A stretch of DNA of 64,000 nt, the filler included, from Sphacelaria rigidula (lineage: Eukaryota): assembly GCA_964200075.2 (NCBI GenBank). It is 10 parts of 10 records of this genome, joined end to end, with 100 filler letters (N's around TTAATTAATTAA, not from the genome) between each part and the next. Parts side by side here need not be neighbours in the genome. Positions count along the whole stretch, not along the records: positions 57,693 to 64,000 come from CAXNAA020020876.1; 9 more parts are not named here. The stretch is one strand, 5' to 3'. Each line of letters begins with the position of its first letter. Within the stretch, counting starts at the first letter, position 1. The notes under the pieces are model-generated. The model had not been told where the DNA came from and ran no database searches. It saw nothing but the letters and a program-made list of their open reading frames with translations. The position numbers and the translations under genes were made by a program. Of this stretch, positions 62,520 through 64,000 are shown one piece after another.

Positions 62520-62760
62520 CAAGGGTCTACACGTTACACTCGTTCACGTTTCACGTCGAAAGTCGTCAAAAGTTAAGCCAGTCTAGTTCTACGGTGAGGG
62601 ATGGGGACCACGTGGGGAGCACGCCGGGTCTTCAAAAGTCAAGTCAAATCAGAGCTCCCCACGTGGTCCCCGTCCCTCACCGTAGTACTAGCCTGGCTTA
62701 ACTTACGACGTGAAACGTGACACGACGTGACACATAGCGAGTGTAACGTGTAGACCCTTG
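62520..62760. mobile_element. Palindromic hAT-like MITE
   Basis: CAAGGGTCTACACGTTACACTCG / CGAGTGTAACGTGTAGACCCTTG; approximate flank duplication AGTATTTT/ATTATTTT. Confidence 0.8.
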
Positions 62761-63093
62761 ATTATTTTTTTTGTTTGTTTGTTTGTTTCCGAGCGTCTGG
62801 TGGCGATCCCTTGTGTTTGCTCGTTGATTACCTCACCAGTATTATAGCTGATCGTGGCAGTACTAAACACGCCAAGTGAGCCGGTACGAGTCAGGATCCA
62901 GCCGTGGTTAGTCGCAAGGGGAGCTCACGTAACCCCCCCCCCCCCCCCCCCCCCCCCGCGCCAGCAAACGACCGAACGCCCCCACCCCCACCCACTCGCC
63001 GAGTCGNNNNNNNNNNCGCTCAGTGTCGCGCGCCCGCCGGACTGCGTGGCAAGGGGCCCCCAGGGCCCCCCCCCCCCCCCCCCCCCCCCCCAA

Positions 63094-63469
63094 GTTGAAT
63101 GAACGAACAGACGGGAAAACACTCTTTGATTGGGGGAAGCTTCAGCGGGAAAGGGGCACGGGAGAGACAACGAACATCGAACAAGAGGAAAAGAAGAAGA
63201 TTCGAGGTTGTGTTCTATAGAGTATACCGGCTGAAATCCCTGGGTTTACGAAATTATAACGCAGATATTAACCGTGCCGGACTGTTCGCTACACAACCCC
63301 ATGTTGAATGGACGAACAGGCGGGAAAGCACTCTTTGAATGAGAGAAGCTTTCACGGAAAAGGGGACGGAAAGAACAACGAACATCGAACAAAAGGAAAG
63401 AAGAGAAAAGCCAAGGTTGTGTTCTGTCGACGATACCGGCTGAAACCCTGAAGTTTACAGAATTATAAT
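63094..63469. repeat. Diverged tandem duplication, period ~209 bp
   Basis: GTTGAATG.ACGAACAG.CGGGAAA.CACTCTTTGA ... ATACCGGCTGAAA ... AATTATAA starts at 63094 and 63303. Confidence 0.8.
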
Positions 63470-63627
63470 ACAGATACTTTATCGGCAAATACCCTCCCGG
63501 ACCATACTGGAGTGTTCGCAACAGGGATCGATATCCTTTCGAACCATACCGGAATGTTCGATACATATTTCCGGTGCGGTGTAGTATGCCAACCAACGCC
63601 CCAATCCCCAATACCCTCACCCCTCAC

Positions 63628-63699
63628 CCGTGCTTCGTCTCGAAAGGGATGCGTGGTCAATGGTCGAACGACTAAGGCAAGAGTACCCCCCTCCCCCCC
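63628..63699 (+). mobile_element. 5'-truncated LINE 3' end
   Basis: GTCTCGAAAGGGATGCGTGGTCAATGGTC...AAGGCAAGAGTAC plus a C-tract. Confidence 0.75.
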
Positions 63700-64000
63700 A
63701 CTTACACACACACACACACATACGCGCGCACACGCACACGCACACTTCCGGGTATACCGTACATAACCCAACCTCGGGATAAGGACACTAGTGTTGGGTA
63801 TCGTTTCGAGAATTTCGATACATCGTATCGAAAACATTCTGATAAAACGATAAAACGTGCGGTATGATTATTTGGTTTTGTCGAGTCCGGACACGTTTTC
63901 TCCTATTAGTAGAGTAGGCTGGCAGACCTTGATTCGGCCGATGGGGGTATACTCATGATCATGCATGCCATAGTCATAAGACCATTGACCTCGCATCCCT

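Overview
This is not one continuous locus. It is ten unrelated eukaryotic contigs of about 6.31 kb (1-6311, 6412-12722, 12823-19132, 19233-25542, 25643-31952, 32053-38362, 38463-44772, 44873-51182, 51283-57592, 57693-end), joined by artificial 100-nt spacers (N44-TTAATTAATTAA-N44), so nothing can be inferred across the spacers. The DNA is repeat-rich and gene-poor, with spliceosomal introns; the style suggests a stramenopile such as a brown alga (inference only). Recognisable coding sequence: the Pif1-helicase end of a Helitron RepHel gene with a long C-terminal extension, exons of a MORN-repeat gene with tandemly duplicated exons, and one UFD2/UBE4-like exon. Most of the rest is transposon-derived: decayed LINEs whose 3' ends run into C-tracts, two tRNA-headed SINE families, MITEs of hAT, piggyBac, PIF/Harbinger, CMC and Ginger-like type, a TA-flanked foldback family, pogo-like, Ty3/gypsy and probable KDZ/CxC remnants. 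The most unusual element is a loopless ~600-bp palindrome (about 195-800) made of two diverged copies of a Cys/His zinc-finger-like coding segment fused tail-to-tail at GAT|ATC. All calls were made by eye; no database searches were run.
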